From Opitutales bacterium (GTDB taxonomy: Bacteria; Verrucomicrobiota; Verrucomicrobiia; Opitutales; Coraliomargaritaceae), in NCBI GenBank assembly GCA_049598495.1, contig JBMYNR010000029.1, forward strand, positions 1 to 20,296: DNA of 20,296 nucleotides, written 5' to 3'. Numbering within the stretch: the stretch's first letter is position 1; each line of letters starts with the position of its first letter. The notes under the pieces are model-generated. The model did no database searches, was not told the DNA's origin, and saw only the letters and a list, made by a program, of their open reading frames with translations. Positions 1 through 9,846 of this stretch are shown here, piece by piece. The position numbers were made by a program, and so were the translations under genes.

Positions 1-1901
1 GATAGGGCGGGGGCGGAGTTGTCGACCACTGCATTGCCATCAATCGTAATGGCTGATTGTGAAGAGGAGATACCAAAGGCATCGTTTAAATTACGATTCT
101 GCGTACCAAACTGACGCGAGTAATTGACGACTGGTTGGCCGTTTTGGATTAATGGAAACCCATTATCTTGGTAAACTTGAGTCGCACCGCCCTTGAGTGA
201 CCACTCGAAACCAAGCTCATCCAAATCACCTTGAGCCACCTCAAGAAACTTGGCCTCAATCTCGACCTGCTTCACTTCGTTGTAGTTACGAAGGATGATA
301 CGCATCCGCTCAAGGTTGCGACGCGTCTGAGTCACGATGAGTTGCTCCCCGTCGAAGGCGAGGCTTGCACCGGGAAGCTCGAAGTTCACACCTGCACTTT
401 GGAAGAAGCTTTGGAGGGCCTCCACCTCTTCGTTTTGGGAAGGGCCGGAGGATATACTCGACGACGGCGCGGCAAATGGATCCACCGGGCCGGAGGAGGC
501 GCCCCCACCATCGCGGAAGCCGGTCAAGCGGATCACGGTTGCACGCGAAATCGGGAAGAATTCGGTCACGGTGTTCACATCGCTGCTACCACCGTCCGGG
601 CTGACGGTCACGGCATCGCCGCCGACGTCGTAGGCGAAATTAACCTGCTGGGTGACAAATTGGAGGATGCGATCCAGATTCAAATTACGGAGGCTGATGT
701 TCACCCGCGGGTTATTGTCATTCGGATTAAACAGGGGCACGATGTTGACACCCACGCGCTCGGGATCATATTCAACCGAAAGCTCGGAGAGTGTCTCAAT
801 CACACGAGTGAGTTCCATCCCGGAGAAATTCACCTGTGGAATCACGATGGCATTCAGCTTATCCCGAAGACCGGGATTGATGACCACCTCGGACACACTC
901 CCCTGCACGTCGAAGACCTTCGGACGCTCCCAGCTTTGATCGATTTCTGTCAGCATCTGCTCACGGGTCTTGTAGCGGTTTTGCGTATGAATATCGCCAA
1001 GAATTGCGGCAATTCGTGTCTGAAAAAGCTTCGCCTCGGGATTGTTCGCATCACGCGCTTCCACTTCTTTGAAAGTCGCGGCAGCCCCATCGTAATCGCC
1101 ATTCAGGAACTGCGCACGGCCGCGAGTCAGTAAGTCACGAATGATCTTGTTCTGGGCGACGTATTCCGGGCTGATATCCTTGATATCGAGCTCGTAGGGA
1201 TCGGAAATTTGGTCGTTGAGACTGCGGGCGAGGCGACGAGCGGAAACGGGATCGCCACCGGCGGCGCGATAGTCTTCGACCCGCTCCTCGGCTGTCTTCA
1301 GGTCGCCCGCCTCAGCAAGTGCTTTCGCTTCTGTGAGGACGACATTCGCCTTGGCTTCCTTGAGGGCTTCCAGGGCATCGGCGGTGGCGGTATTGAGCGT
1401 CAGGCTTGCGCTCGCAGCATTCAAGAGCGCCGTCGCATCCGTGTAGGCACCGAGCTCAGCGAGCTGCTCAGCTTGATCGATTGCCTCTTCGGCTGCCTCA
1501 ATCTTTGCGTCCTGGTCTGCAGCTGCCGCAGCGACCAGTGCATCCGCGCCGGTAGCAGCATCAAGGGCAGCATTCATAGCGGCTTCCACATCAAGCGCTG
1601 CTGCTTGGCCATACACAGCAGATGCCGCACCGCCACGACGATCCAGATCGCGGTTAATCGATGCCAAAAGACGCTGCACGTTCGTATCATTCGGGGCGAT
1701 CTTGATCAGCTCTTCAGCTTTCTGCTTGGCTAGTTCCAGGTTACCGGAGTCGCGGGCACGCAGGGTGTCCGCCATCAAGCGAATCTTCTCCGGTGCATTT
1801 TGCGCCTCGACCAACTGAGGCGTGGCAAGAGCGAGGGTTCCTAAGGCTCCCGCGATCAATAGAGCGGAGAGGCGCATACGTGCTGCGAGGTATTTTTTCA
1901 T
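1..1901 (-). CDS. Secretin-family (PilQ/GspD-like; Amuc_1098-like) outer membrane protein with N-terminal helical/TPR-like region; 3' end runs off the window
   Basis: Absent from the ORF track because it has no stop in the window. Manual translation from ATG 1901 gives MKKYLAARMRLSALLIAGALGTLALATPQLVEAQ (signal peptide), then ...IVIPQVNF..., ...ASLAFDGEQLIVTQTRRNLERMRTILRNYNEVKQVEIEAKFLEV...ELGFEW, the N3-to-secretin junction. It lies downstream of pilM in the operon. Confidence 0.88.
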   Translation of the reverse strand, partial: MKKYLAARMRLSALLIAGALGTLALATPQLVEAQNAPEKIRLMADTLRARDSGNLELAKQKAEELIKIAPNDTNVQRLLASINRDLDRRGGAASAVYGQAAALDVEAAMNAALDAATGADALVAAAAADQDAKIEAAEEAIDQAEQLAELGAYTDATALLNAASASLTLNTATADALEALKEAKANVVLTEAKALAEAGDLKTAEERVEDYRAAGGDPVSARRLARSLNDQISDPYELDIKDISPEYVAQNKIIRDLLTRGRAQFLNGDYDGAAATFKEVEARDANNPEAKLFQTRIAAILGDIHTQNRYKTREQMLTEIDQSWERPKVFDVQGSVSEVVINPGLRDKLNAIVIPQVNFSGMELTRVIETLSELSVEYDPERVGVNIVPLFNPNDNNPRVNISLRNLNLDRILQFVTQQVNFAYDVGGDAVTVSPDGGSSDVNTVTEFFPISRATVIRLTGFRDGGGASSGPVDPFAAPSSSISSGPSQNEEVEALQSFFQSAGVNFELPGASLAFDGEQLIVTQTRRNLERMRIILRNYNEVKQVEIEAKFLEVAQGDLDELGFEWSLKGGATQVYQDNGFPLIQNGQPVVNYSRQFGTQNRNLNDAFGISSSQSAITIDGNAVVDNSAPAL

Positions 1902-1942
1902 GATGTTTTGTGGCAACTGCTGTTTAAAAATTAACGAAACGA

Positions 1943-2827
1943 TTAAAATATAAAGTCGAAGGCGTCCTCGAGGGGAGCGGTTTCTTGCTGAGATGTATTC
2001 ACGGATGGAGTGATAGACTGTCTGACGGAGAGCACCTTCATCTCGGCCTCATTCTCTCCATCGCTTTGTTTCTCCACTTTCACAGTGGAATCTTCAAGGC
2101 TAATCTCTTGCAGAATGAAGCGCCCGGAGGGGCCATCAAAGCTCGCAGGCGTTTCAGTCAACACCTGTTCGTAGCTGGCATCTTCGTCTGATCGGATGAC
2201 CACGGTCACACCGACGTCAAAAAGACGCTCCCCGTGGACCAGCGCGACTGACTCACCGCTTCGTTGATCCAGAATGACCGCAGTGGCCACCTTCTGAATA
2301 TTATTATCCGCATCCCGGATGCGCTCGATCTCAAAGCTGACCAGCTTGAACTCGGAACCCGGTTTTTCATCGCCGGGACGGGCCCGCACCTGTTGTTGCT
2401 TTTCCTCATCGAATAGGAGAAGTAGAGATTTCGAAGCATCGCTCAGATCCTCTTCGATATAACCTTCGAGCTGGATGCGGTATGGCTTACGCATGATCTC
2501 TGCGAGATAGACACCAAAGGGAACGGGCGGGGGCGGCGGACGGTAGCCCTCCGCGCTGAAGCGGCCATTTTCATCAATATAAATCTTTGGCGGAGTAAAA
2601 ACATCGTAGAGCCAGCCGTTCGAATTCTCGGTTGGCTCAGGCCAGTTGACATCCGATGTGTCGGAGGTGGGCACAGGTTCCGGCTGGTAGGGATGATTCG
2701 CAGGTGTGGTCTCGACCGGCTGTTCCGCAGAGGAAGCTTCTCCGGACTTCTGAATGTAGAGAAACACCCCGCCTGCCAGCAGGAGCAGGGCGATAACAAG
2801 TAGGAGTTTATCGTAAATCTTGTTCAT
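1943..2827 (-). CDS. Membrane-anchored pilus-system protein (Amuc_1099-like; PilP/GspC position)
   Basis: N-terminal TM (YDKLLLVIALLLLAGGVFLY), Pro-rich linker and DVFTPPKIY motif. ATGA overlap with the upstream gene. Family call rests mainly on synteny. Confidence 0.65.
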   Translation of the reverse strand: MNKIYDKLLLVIALLLLAGGVFLYIQKSGEASSAEQPVETTPANHPYQPEPVPTSDTSDVNWPEPTENSNGWLYDVFTPPKIYIDENGRFSAEGYRPPPPPVPFGVYLAEIMRKPYRIQLEGYIEEDLSDASKSLLLLFDEEKQQQVRARPGDEKPGSEFKLVSFEIERIRDADNNIQKVATAVILDQRSGESVALVHGERLFDVGVTVVIRSDEDASYEQVLTETPASFDGPSGRFILQEISLEDSTVKVEKQSDGENEAEMKVLSVRQSITPSVNTSQQETAPLEDAFDFIF

Positions 2828-3798
2828 TCGGAAATTAGAGTATTCTCGCCCGCCGCGTCCGCAGGAAGGATCACTTCAATAAATTCAACCACGACCGTGA
2901 ACAAAGAGACGTTCTCGGAAATCACAGGCTTTTGTGCTTTCTGCGGCGCTTGGCTTGTTTCACCGCCCCCGAAGATGCCAAAGATCTCATCCAGACTGTT
3001 TTTGGCGGGCGCCGCAGTCGTAACTGCACCGGATGGTCGCTCGACTTGAATGCTGCGCACCACAATCGGAAGGTCGAACTTGGCGAGCTGATTAAGAAAC
3101 GCACGCAGACTCTCGGTGTAGCCGGTAAAGCTAAGGCTGAAGCCCATCGTTTTAATCGCGCCGGGAACACGGGCGGAGATCGCATCACTGAGGACAAACC
3201 CACCCGAAGACGCCCCACCATCAACGCTCTCAAGGATCTCACGTTCCACCGCCACAAGACTGTGTGGCTCGGACTCGTAGAGCTTATTCAAGAGATAACT
3301 CAGAATCTGGCGCTGCTTATCGAGAGTCGCGATGATGTCTGCATCGTCCTCGGGCGTTGCCTCATCCATGTATTGCTCAAAACCGAATGCGAAATCACCG
3401 GGGAGCTCAATCGCGAGTTCCTCCCCGTCCGCATTCGTGTGGGTGAACAGCTTCGCCTTGCGACCATATTCAGTGATATACTGCTGGATGGCAGCCATCA
3501 CCACAATGCCATCCGTGGAGGTGCTCAGGCGGGCACCACGTTGAAGCACCTCGCGAACCTTGCCGAGCTCCTGCTTGAGCTCGACAACGTTCGCTACGGA
3601 AGCCGCCATGTTCTCTTCCGTCGGGGCTGGATCGGCAAAACGTAGATTCTTCAGCTGTGCCTCCGCACCACTGATTCTCTGCTTTACCTCGGAGATCTTG
3701 CCCGATTCGGCGAACGCCAGATAGGCTCCTGCGCAAAAGGCGAGAAAGCCAACCACCAAGACAATCGTGAACGTGAGATTTTTATGAATCAAACTCAT
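2824..3798 (-). CDS. Amuc_1100-like / PilO-like pilus-system protein
   Basis: N-terminal TM, coiled coil, FAFGFEQY motif and a C-terminal FSLSFTGYTESLRAFLNQL...PIVVRSIQV segment resembling the PilO ferredoxin-like fold. Lies directly after pilM. Confidence 0.75.
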   Translation of the reverse strand: MSLIHKNLTFTIVLVVGFLAFCAGAYLAFAESGKISEVKQRISGAEAQLKNLRFADPAPTEENMAASVANVVELKQELGKVREVLQRGARLSTSTDGIVVMAAIQQYITEYGRKAKLFTHTNADGEELAIELPGDFAFGFEQYMDEATPEDDADIIATLDKQRQILSYLLNKLYESEPHSLVAVEREILESVDGGASSGGFVLSDAISARVPGAIKTMGFSLSFTGYTESLRAFLNQLAKFDLPIVVRSIQVERPSGAVTTAAPAKNSLDEIFGIFGGGETSQAPQKAQKPVISENVSLFTVVVEFIEVILPADAAGENTLISE

Positions 3799-3803
3799 GG
3801 AGC

Positions 3804-5480
3804 CTAGAGTGGTTTCGCTGTGTCCACAACGAGGTTAATACTAAAGGGAAGCACATTAAGCCCTTGACTGAGGGAGCGCCAGGAGATCGAGGGCGGCTTG
3901 GACGAGATCACAAACTCGGATGTCTCGAAGCTCGCCTGCAGGTTCTTGATTCTTCGCGAGAGCACTTCCTGATCGAGGGCACCGGACTCGTTCGCACTCT
4001 CCCGAACGAGCATTTGCCCCTTAAGAATCACCTCATAGCTGGCCGCTGCACTTTCGGGTTTCCGGCGGTTTACCGTGAGCGAATCCAGCCAGGTATCTTC
4101 AGCCTGCATGAGGCTCTCCTGGAGCTCGGCAAAAAATTGTATCCAGTTAGTGCGGGAGTTGACCAGGCCTTCCACTTGACGGATTTTATCGCTGATTCCC
4201 TTGGCCCTGTCGGCATTGTCCAGGATCACGGACTGCCGTGACTGAAGCGGAGAGATCTGCGCTTCAATGGCTTGCGCCTGCTCATGATATCCGGATTTCA
4301 ATTGCTTGTAACCGAGGAAGGCGGGCCATGGCGCGATCGCGAGCATAATGGCGGCAACCAGAAGAAAGGGCTTCCGCGCCGCAAATTCCATTTCCCGCTG
4401 GACCTCGTCCGGAAGCAGATTCACTCCGGCACCGTCCGCCACCATTTCACGTGCGGCCTGGCCGATGATCTCACTGATTTCCAGGCCGAGAGAACCGAGC
4501 GCATTTGGATCCGCGGCGATGTCGCCCTCCAATGTCACATTCTGGAGCGGGTCGAAAAACTCGACCTGAACTTTCTGAGAACCGGATAGTTGCTCCGCCA
4601 GGCCTTCCAGCAGGGCTCCTCGCCCGCTCAGAAGTATTTTCTTAGGGGACGCAGCCCCCTTCTGGCGCCGGTAATTCACAATCGAGCGGGTGATCTCCTG
4701 CCCCATTCGACGCATAAAGGAGTCCGAGCAGGCCCTAAAGAGCTTGGCTCCGGAATCATCCTCCGAGTAGTCCGAGTCCTGAGCAAAGAACTTGTGCTTG
4801 ATCTCCTCGGCCTGGGCGAATGACTTCCCGAGACTGTCGGCAATGTTCTGAGTCAGCGAATTCCCCCCCAATTGGATATTACGAACGAAGAATCCGTCCG
4901 CATTCTTAAAGAGCAGGTTGGTGGAACGGGCTCCGATATTGATCAACAACACATCATCATCCATCTCCGGGTAGGCGAACTGAATCGCATTATAATCCAG
5001 AACGGTTGCCGCGTTGATGCTCTCGACAATGAAGCCCGCCTGCGCCGCCCCGCGGCAGAAGTCGTCAATCACAACGGATTTACATGCGATAAACAGAACC
5101 TCGGCCTCGACACCATCATCGCCCACCAACTGGCTATCCCAAACAACCTCATGGAGCGGATAGGGCATGTTCTGCTGGGCCTCAAAAGCGATAATTTGTG
5201 CCCGCTTCGATTCTTCGACATGAGGAACATGGATGGTCTTGGTCAGGACCTGATTTCCCGGGAGAATAAACGAGGCCTTCCCGGATAGCTTATGCTTGGT
5301 GTGAAGCTCCCGAAGCGCCGTGCTCAAGCCGCCTAACCAGGCATCGTCATTTGAAAGGTCATAATCGATGCCTTCCGTTACAAGTTTATCAATCTGGAGT
5401 TCGCCTCCGCCCGAGGAGACCATCGCGGCGGTGACGCGGCTTGCGCCGCAGTTAATAATCAGTTGCTTCGTGCTGCTCAT
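3804..5480 (-). CDS. pilM: PilM-like actin-fold pilus assembly protein fused to a PilN-like TM/periplasmic domain (Amuc_1101-like)
   Basis: Motifs FEAQQNMPYPLHEVVWD, LLINIGARSTNL, FVRNIQLGGNSLTQ, EITRSIVNYR and LLSGRGA, followed by VNLLP, a TM and a coiled coil (PilN-like). Confidence 0.88.
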   Translation of the reverse strand: MSSTKQLIINCGASRVTAAMVSSGGGELQIDKLVTEGIDYDLSNDDAWLGGLSTALRELHTKHKLSGKASFILPGNQVLTKTIHVPHVEESKRAQIIAFEAQQNMPYPLHEVVWDSQLVGDDGVEAEVLFIACKSVVIDDFCRGAAQAGFIVESINAATVLDYNAIQFAYPEMDDDVLLINIGARSTNLLFKNADGFFVRNIQLGGNSLTQNIADSLGKSFAQAEEIKHKFFAQDSDYSEDDSGAKLFRACSDSFMRRMGQEITRSIVNYRRQKGAASPKKILLSGRGALLEGLAEQLSGSQKVQVEFFDPLQNVTLEGDIAADPNALGSLGLEISEIIGQAAREMVADGAGVNLLPDEVQREMEFAARKPFLLVAAIMLAIAPWPAFLGYKQLKSGYHEQAQAIEAQISPLQSRQSVILDNADRAKGISDKIRQVEGLVNSRTNWIQFFAELQESLMQAEDTWLDSLTVNRRKPESAAASYEVILKGQMLVRESANESGALDQEVLSRRIKNLQASFETSEFVISSKPPSISWRSLSQGLNVLPFSINLVVDTAKPL

Positions 5481-5539
5481 TCAGAGGAAATAAGAATACT
5501 CAGTTAAAAGAAAGGATCGCCCGAATCACCACCCAATGG

Positions 5540-6127
5540 CTAGTCGCGAACATCACGCCGAAGGAAGGCCGGCAGTTTACTGACGCGCCCAAGATCGACA
5601 CCCGTCACAAAATAGATCGGCATAAGGAAGTGGTCATTCACAGAGGCTTCCGATTTCGCCTTTGAGATGAAGGAATTTAGGATATCGATATTTGCGATAC
5701 TGCTGCTCATCGCCTCTTTCTGAGGGTCTTGAGTCTGCCCATCGACACTGATCTCGACATAGTAGAAGTCCGGAGTCGTCTGCAGCTGGTCACGCTCAAC
5801 GATCAATTCGGGCAAGTAAAAATAGACATTATTATCATCACCCTTCTCCATCATGATGATATCGACCTCGCTGGTGTAGTAGTCGTAGAGGCGTGCGGAC
5901 GCATCTCTGGTGTAGGCCAGATAGACCTTCACGTTAATCTTCTCAACGAAACGAGGGTCGCGGGCGTCTGCAGCAGAGTTGCCCTCACAGGAAAGCTGGA
6001 CCTCCATTTGAATCCAACGGTCCGAAGTCTTCTTGAAATCAACTCGCTTCACTTCGATCGCCTGCTGAGCCGAGACAGTCAGAGCAGTCAACAGGAGGGC
6101 GAAAATGGGCGCCGTAAATATTTTCAT
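5540..6127 (-). CDS. Exported protein, first gene of the pilus-like operon (Amuc_1102-like)
   Basis: ATG 6127 gives a clean signal peptide MKIFTAPIFALLLTALTVSA-QQ, followed by a beta-rich body. The track's longer TTG start at 6166 is less likely. Confidence 0.6.
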   Translation of the reverse strand: MKIFTAPIFALLLTALTVSAQQAIEVKRVDFKKTSDRWIQMEVQLSCEGNSAADARDPRFVEKINVKVYLAYTRDASARLYDYYTSEVDIIMMEKGDDNNVYFYLPELIVERDQLQTTPDFYYVEISVDGQTQDPQKEAMSSSIANIDILNSFISKAKSEASVNDHFLMPIYFVTGVDLGRVSKLPAFLRRDVRD

Positions 6128-6328
6128 CCAATCGGTGCGTGTGTGTGGGGGGGGGTAATTATGCAATCAGCAGTGCAATGCGTAAGCTTGTGATGGGTAG
6201 TCATGGACTTGCCCGATGGCAAACCCTTTTTCTAAGAAACCCAAGTCTCGACCACACGGATCACCCGTTTTAAAAAAATACTGATATTTCACTTGCAGAA
6301 ACGAAATGAGCACTGAGCGTGTTAGTAG

Positions 6329-6844
6329 ATGAGTGAACACCTTCCATTCAAAATCAGCGCTTTGGTTTTCGTGACCAACGAAGCGGGAGAGCATCTGCTG
6401 ATTAAGCGAAATAAGGCACCGAATCTGGGCAACTGGAGCCCGATTGGAGGAAAGCTCAATATGTCGCTGGGAGAATCTCCCTACGAATGCGCACGAAGAG
6501 AGACGGCTGAGGAAATCGGCTTGGTGGTCGGCGACGATGAACTACACTGCTTCGGCTACATCTCGGAAAAAAGCTATGAAGGCACCGGCCATTGGCTCAT
6601 GTTTCTGTTCAACTGTAACAAGACTTTGACTGAACTGCCCTCCGAAATCAGCGAAGGCCGCTTTGATTTTTTCAGCCGATCGGCCATTGACGATCTGCCT
6701 ATCCCGGAGAGCGACCGTACATTACTTTGGCCCTACTACGACAGATACCGTGAGGGCTTTGTCGGAATACGAGCCGATTGCGGTCCTTCGGGTCGATTAT
6801 CGTTGACGGAAGAACTCAGGATTAAGCCGCCTAAGCCTGAATGA
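6329..6844 (+). CDS. NUDIX hydrolase (MutT/8-oxo-dGTPase-like)
   Basis: Nudix box GGKLNMSLGESPYECARRETAEEIGL. Confidence 0.9.
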   Translation: MSEHLPFKISALVFVTNEAGEHLLIKRNKAPNLGNWSPIGGKLNMSLGESPYECARRETAEEIGLVVGDDELHCFGYISEKSYEGTGHWLMFLFNCNKTLTELPSEISEGRFDFFSRSAIDDLPIPESDRTLLWPYYDRYREGFVGIRADCGPSGRLSLTEELRIKPPKPE

Positions 6845-6848
6845 GGAA

Positions 6849-6992
6849 ATCCCTTTCGCAATAAGGTTAAAAGGCGGGCTGAAGCCCGAACTCCAACTAT
6901 GCCCCACGCATTTTACGCGTTGGCGTGCGCCCTTCACGGCGTCCGGCCGACCCTACCTTTGCAATCCGTTCAAAATTTACGGCAGATGGTAT
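6849..6992 (+). repeat. 144-bp MITE-like composite repeat with two back-to-back TGGAG-type palindromes, ending GGCAGATGGTAT
   Basis: Collinear inverted copy at 19471-19613, a further copy at about 11195-11331 and a partial copy at 10838-10883. Confidence 0.8.
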
Positions 6993-7001
6993 TAGACGTA
7001 T

Positions 7002-7025
7002 GGCGATGGGGACCATCGCCGCTAC
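7002..7025 (-). repeat. GTAG-type REP hairpin
   Basis: Minus strand reads GTAGC-GGCGATGG-TCC-CCATCGCC. Confidence 0.65.
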
Positions 7026-7079
7026 CGTCCACATTACATGCAGATCACTCAAATCACTCTAAGTCAGTGCCATTCCCCT

Positions 7080-8150
7080 CTAAGCCTTAGCGAGCCGCCC
7101 TTCCGACACGCGCAGAGTGGACCACTCCGTGTGATTCGAGGGCAACTCGGTCCCGGTCGCGACAATCTGAATGGCCTCAGGGCAAGCACGCCAGAAGCCC
7201 TTCCGTCGGACCGGGTCGAGTTCGCCCAAGACATCGTCCGCAAGCAACACAGGCATCCGACCCAACTCGGCCTCAAAATAACTCGCCTGAGCAATCCGCA
7301 GGGCCACGCACAAACCACGCTGCTGCCCATCTGAGGCATATTCGCGCGCACCACCCACCCGAAGTGAAAGACCAAAATCGTCGCGGTGAGGCCCACGCTG
7401 AGTCGAGCCGATGATTTGATCCCGCGCTCGACCATCCTGAAGGATCTTGCGGTAGTTCTCCGGATCCAGGCAATCCGTATTGGCGTTGAAGAGCATTTCG
7501 GGCCCCTCCCCTGCTTCTGCGATTCGATTATAGGTATCCGCGAGTACCGCTTTCAGATGAGCAACGCCTTCCGCACGCACCCTAGCAATCACAGCAGCAT
7601 GAACCGACATCTCTGCCTCGAAGGCTGAGAGCTCGGCCGCGCTACCATTTGACTTTAACAGCCGATTTCGCTCGGCCACCCCTCGGTGAAAATCCCGAAG
7701 CGCCAAATAGTAGCCGCGATTCACTACCGAGAAGGTCAGATCCATAAAACGGCGACGCTCGGACGGCCCCCCGCGGAGCAACATCAAGTCACCCGAGCTT
7801 AATGCCACCACCGGGAAGCGGCCGATATAGTCCACCAATCGAGTGACCTTTTCTCCATCAACACGTACGCTCCGCCCCCCGGCGCCGGAGTGAATCTCGA
7901 TACAGACAAGCCCTTCTTCTTCATGCTCGATCTCATAAACCAAGGTAAATGCCCGATGGCCTTTTCGAGGAAGCGCTGAGAGCGACTGGGTCCGAAAGGA
8001 TCGCAGAGCTGTCGTCAGACCCAAGGCTTCAAGGAGATTCGATTTCCCTTGCCCATTCTCCCCCAAGAGGAAATGACGTTCTCCACCCAGAGGCAATTCC
8101 GCCAGGTCGAAATTGCGAAAGTTCTGAAGACGTAGATTCCGGAAACGCAT
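7080..8150 (-). CDS. recF: DNA replication/repair protein RecF
   Basis: LQNFRN, Walker A GENGQGKSNLLEA, GGPSERRRFMD, GPHRDD, ASDGQQR, LLADDVLGELD. Confidence 0.96.
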   Translation of the reverse strand: MRFRNLRLQNFRNFDLAELPLGGERHFLLGENGQGKSNLLEALGLTTALRSFRTQSLSALPRKGHRAFTLVYEIEHEEEGLVCIEIHSGAGGRSVRVDGEKVTRLVDYIGRFPVVALSSGDLMLLRGGPSERRRFMDLTFSVVNRGYYLALRDFHRGVAERNRLLKSNGSAAELSAFEAEMSVHAAVIARVRAEGVAHLKAVLADTYNRIAEAGEGPEMLFNANTDCLDPENYRKILQDGRARDQIIGSTQRGPHRDDFGLSLRVGGAREYASDGQQRGLCVALRIAQASYFEAELGRMPVLLADDVLGELDPVRRKGFWRACPEAIQIVATGTELPSNHTEWSTLRVSEGRLAKA

Positions 8151-8170
8151 CGATACAAAACGGATTAATT

Positions 8171-8400
8171 CTACTTAGTTAAATTTGAGGGTTTGGGATT
8201 TTGAACGAAGAGTTCCCTGCAGAACGCTGGCGACGGAGCACGGTAGTGCGTAGATGGCGAAGCCCGAAGGGAGAATGAAGCGGGCGCCCCTTGGGCAGAT
8301 GAATGAACATAGCCAGTGTTGTATCCATCGGAACGGCTCACAATGACTATCTTCATCGTGCGACAAATCTTTGATTCGGGAATTCAACTAAGTAGGCTTA
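8171..8400 (+). mobile_element. ~230-bp MITE-like element: terminal IRs enclosing a REP doublet whose left REP carries a 76-nt loop insertion (copy 1)
   Basis: TIR CTACTTAGTTAAATT (8171-8185) versus AATTCAACTAAGTAG (8381-8395), 14/15 match. Direct copy at 9617-9846. Confidence 0.75.
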
Positions 8401-8401
8401 A

Positions 8402-9544
8402 TCAATCGATTGAAATCACCCGGCCAGTAGATGTAGCCGCATCGTTTTTGAGGACCTCGTAGGCTTCCATGATGGCCCCCGCCAGATCGGCCCAATCCAC
8501 TGCCTTTGTTTCAAACCCCGAGCTGATGCGGATCACTCGTTCGGCTGCGGCAGGCGTGACGCCCATCGCTGCCAAGACATGGGAAGCCCCCGACTTACCC
8601 GTAGCGCAGGCAGAGCCCGACGAGACGAGAAAGCCCTGCCGCTCGAGCGCCCGCACCCAGCGAACACTCGGAAACTCAGGCAGGATGATCGAAGCCGTAT
8701 TCCATAATCGATCCGCCCCTGCTCCCAGTATCCGCATGTCAGGCATTTGTTGCGACAACTCAGCGAGAAAGGCATCACGGGCAGTTCCCGGCTGCGGCCG
8801 AGCTGCCGTGAGTGCCGCTACCATAGATAAAATGCCGGGCATATCCTCCGTCCCACCTCGGCGACCAGACTCCTGGGACCCGCCCATCTGCAGCACACAA
8901 GACTCATTCGGAGAAGATACCAGAAGGAATCCGACACCTTTAGGCCCTCCAAATTTATGCCCACACCCGCTGATGTAGGAACCACTCGAAAGCCCATCGA
9001 GCGGCATCTTACCCACCCACTGCGACGCGTCGCAGTGGTACTTGATTCCCGCATTTAGACATAGCGCGGCGATCTCCGCCCACGGCTGAATCACCCCCGT
9101 CTCGTTGTTGGCTGCCATCACCGAGACCAAGGCAAGATTATCCGTTGCCATTGCCCGCTCCAGCGCCGCCATATCGACGACCCCCTCATGATCGACCGGC
9201 AACCAAACCACCCGATCCTCGAAATGGAATCTGGCTGCTTCAATAACACTGGGATGCTCCGTCGTGCACACGGCAACTTTTCCATACGGGCAGCGTCGTG
9301 CCACATGAGCAAACACCGCATTGTTCGATTCGGTCGCTCCCGAGGTAAATATCAGACGATCTCTATTGGCTCCGAATCTGTCGGCGAGCGACTCGCGCGC
9401 CGCTTCGAGCCGCACACGGACCGCAGCTGCGTGGCGATAGGGGCTGGACGGGTTCATCCAATTCTCATCCGCCGCTTGAAGCCAAGCCGCCCGTGCAGCG
9501 GGCAGCAGTGGAGTGGTCGCATTATGGTCGAAGTAATGAAGCAT
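8402..9544 (-). CDS. Cysteine desulfurase, class I (IscS/NifS family)
   Basis: YFDHNATTP, FTSGATESNN, EHPSV, VMAANNETG, HCDASQ, PLP-binding GHKFGGPKG, catalytic SSGSAC. ATG 9544 is preferred as start. Confidence 0.93.
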   Translation of the reverse strand: MLHYFDHNATTPLLPAARAAWLQAADENWMNPSSPYRHAAAVRVRLEAARESLADRFGANRDRLIFTSGATESNNAVFAHVARRCPYGKVAVCTTEHPSVIEAARFHFEDRVVWLPVDHEGVVDMAALERAMATDNLALVSVMAANNETGVIQPWAEIAALCLNAGIKYHCDASQWVGKMPLDGLSSGSYISGCGHKFGGPKGVGFLLVSSPNESCVLQMGGSQESGRRGGTEDMPGILSMVAALTAARPQPGTARDAFLAELSQQMPDMRILGAGADRLWNTASIILPEFPSVRWVRALERQGFLVSSGSACATGKSGASHVLAAMGVTPAAAERVIRISSGFETKAVDWADLAGAIMEAYEVLKNDAATSTGRVISID

Positions 9545-9616
9545 GATCAAGCCGGAGGCTATTGGAATCATCTCTCGGGTCAAACGAAGTCAAGGCGCAC
9601 CCCGAAGTGTTTAGTC

Positions 9617-9846
9617 CCACATAGTTAGATTGGAGTGTTTAGGATTTTGAATGCAGATTTCTCTGCAGAACGCTGGCGACGGAGCACGGTAGTACGTAGA
9701 TGGCGAAGCCCGAAGGGAGAATGAAGCGGGCGCCCCTTGGGCAGATGAATGAACATAGCCAGTGTTGTATCGATCGGAACGACTCACAATGACTATCGTC
9801 ATCGTGCGACAATTCTTTGATTCAGGAATTTAACAAAGTAGGCTTA
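9617..9846 (+). mobile_element. ~230-bp MITE-like element, copy 2
   Basis: 9622-9846 aligns without gaps to 8176-8400 with 16 mismatches in 225 nt (manual count). Confidence 0.8.

Noticed and set aside
231..1733. Plus-strand ORFs of 300 aa and 174 aa
   Set aside because: They are antisense shadows of the secretin gene and have no recognisable motifs.
7080..8150. recF outside a dnaA-dnaN-gyrB cluster as a sign of transfer
   Set aside because: Dispersed recF is common in many phyla, and no compositional anomaly is apparent.
8234..8309. 76-nt insert as a tRNA or known self-cleaving ribozyme
   Set aside because: No acceptor stem, TTC loop or CCA end. I see no hammerhead (CTGATGA/GAAA), twister or pistol core by eye; an Rfam search is still needed.
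8171..9802. Twin small ORFs 8171-8356 and 9611-9802 (and related 17498-17746) as a repeat-encoded peptide
   Set aside because: They are translations of the repeat. Many differences are non-synonymous (K/T, G/R, H/Y, F/C, P/H) and the stop positions differ.
8171..9846. Autonomous composite transposon carrying the desulfurase
   Set aside because: There is no transposase and no clear outer TSD, and the gene fits a co-oriented chromosomal run.
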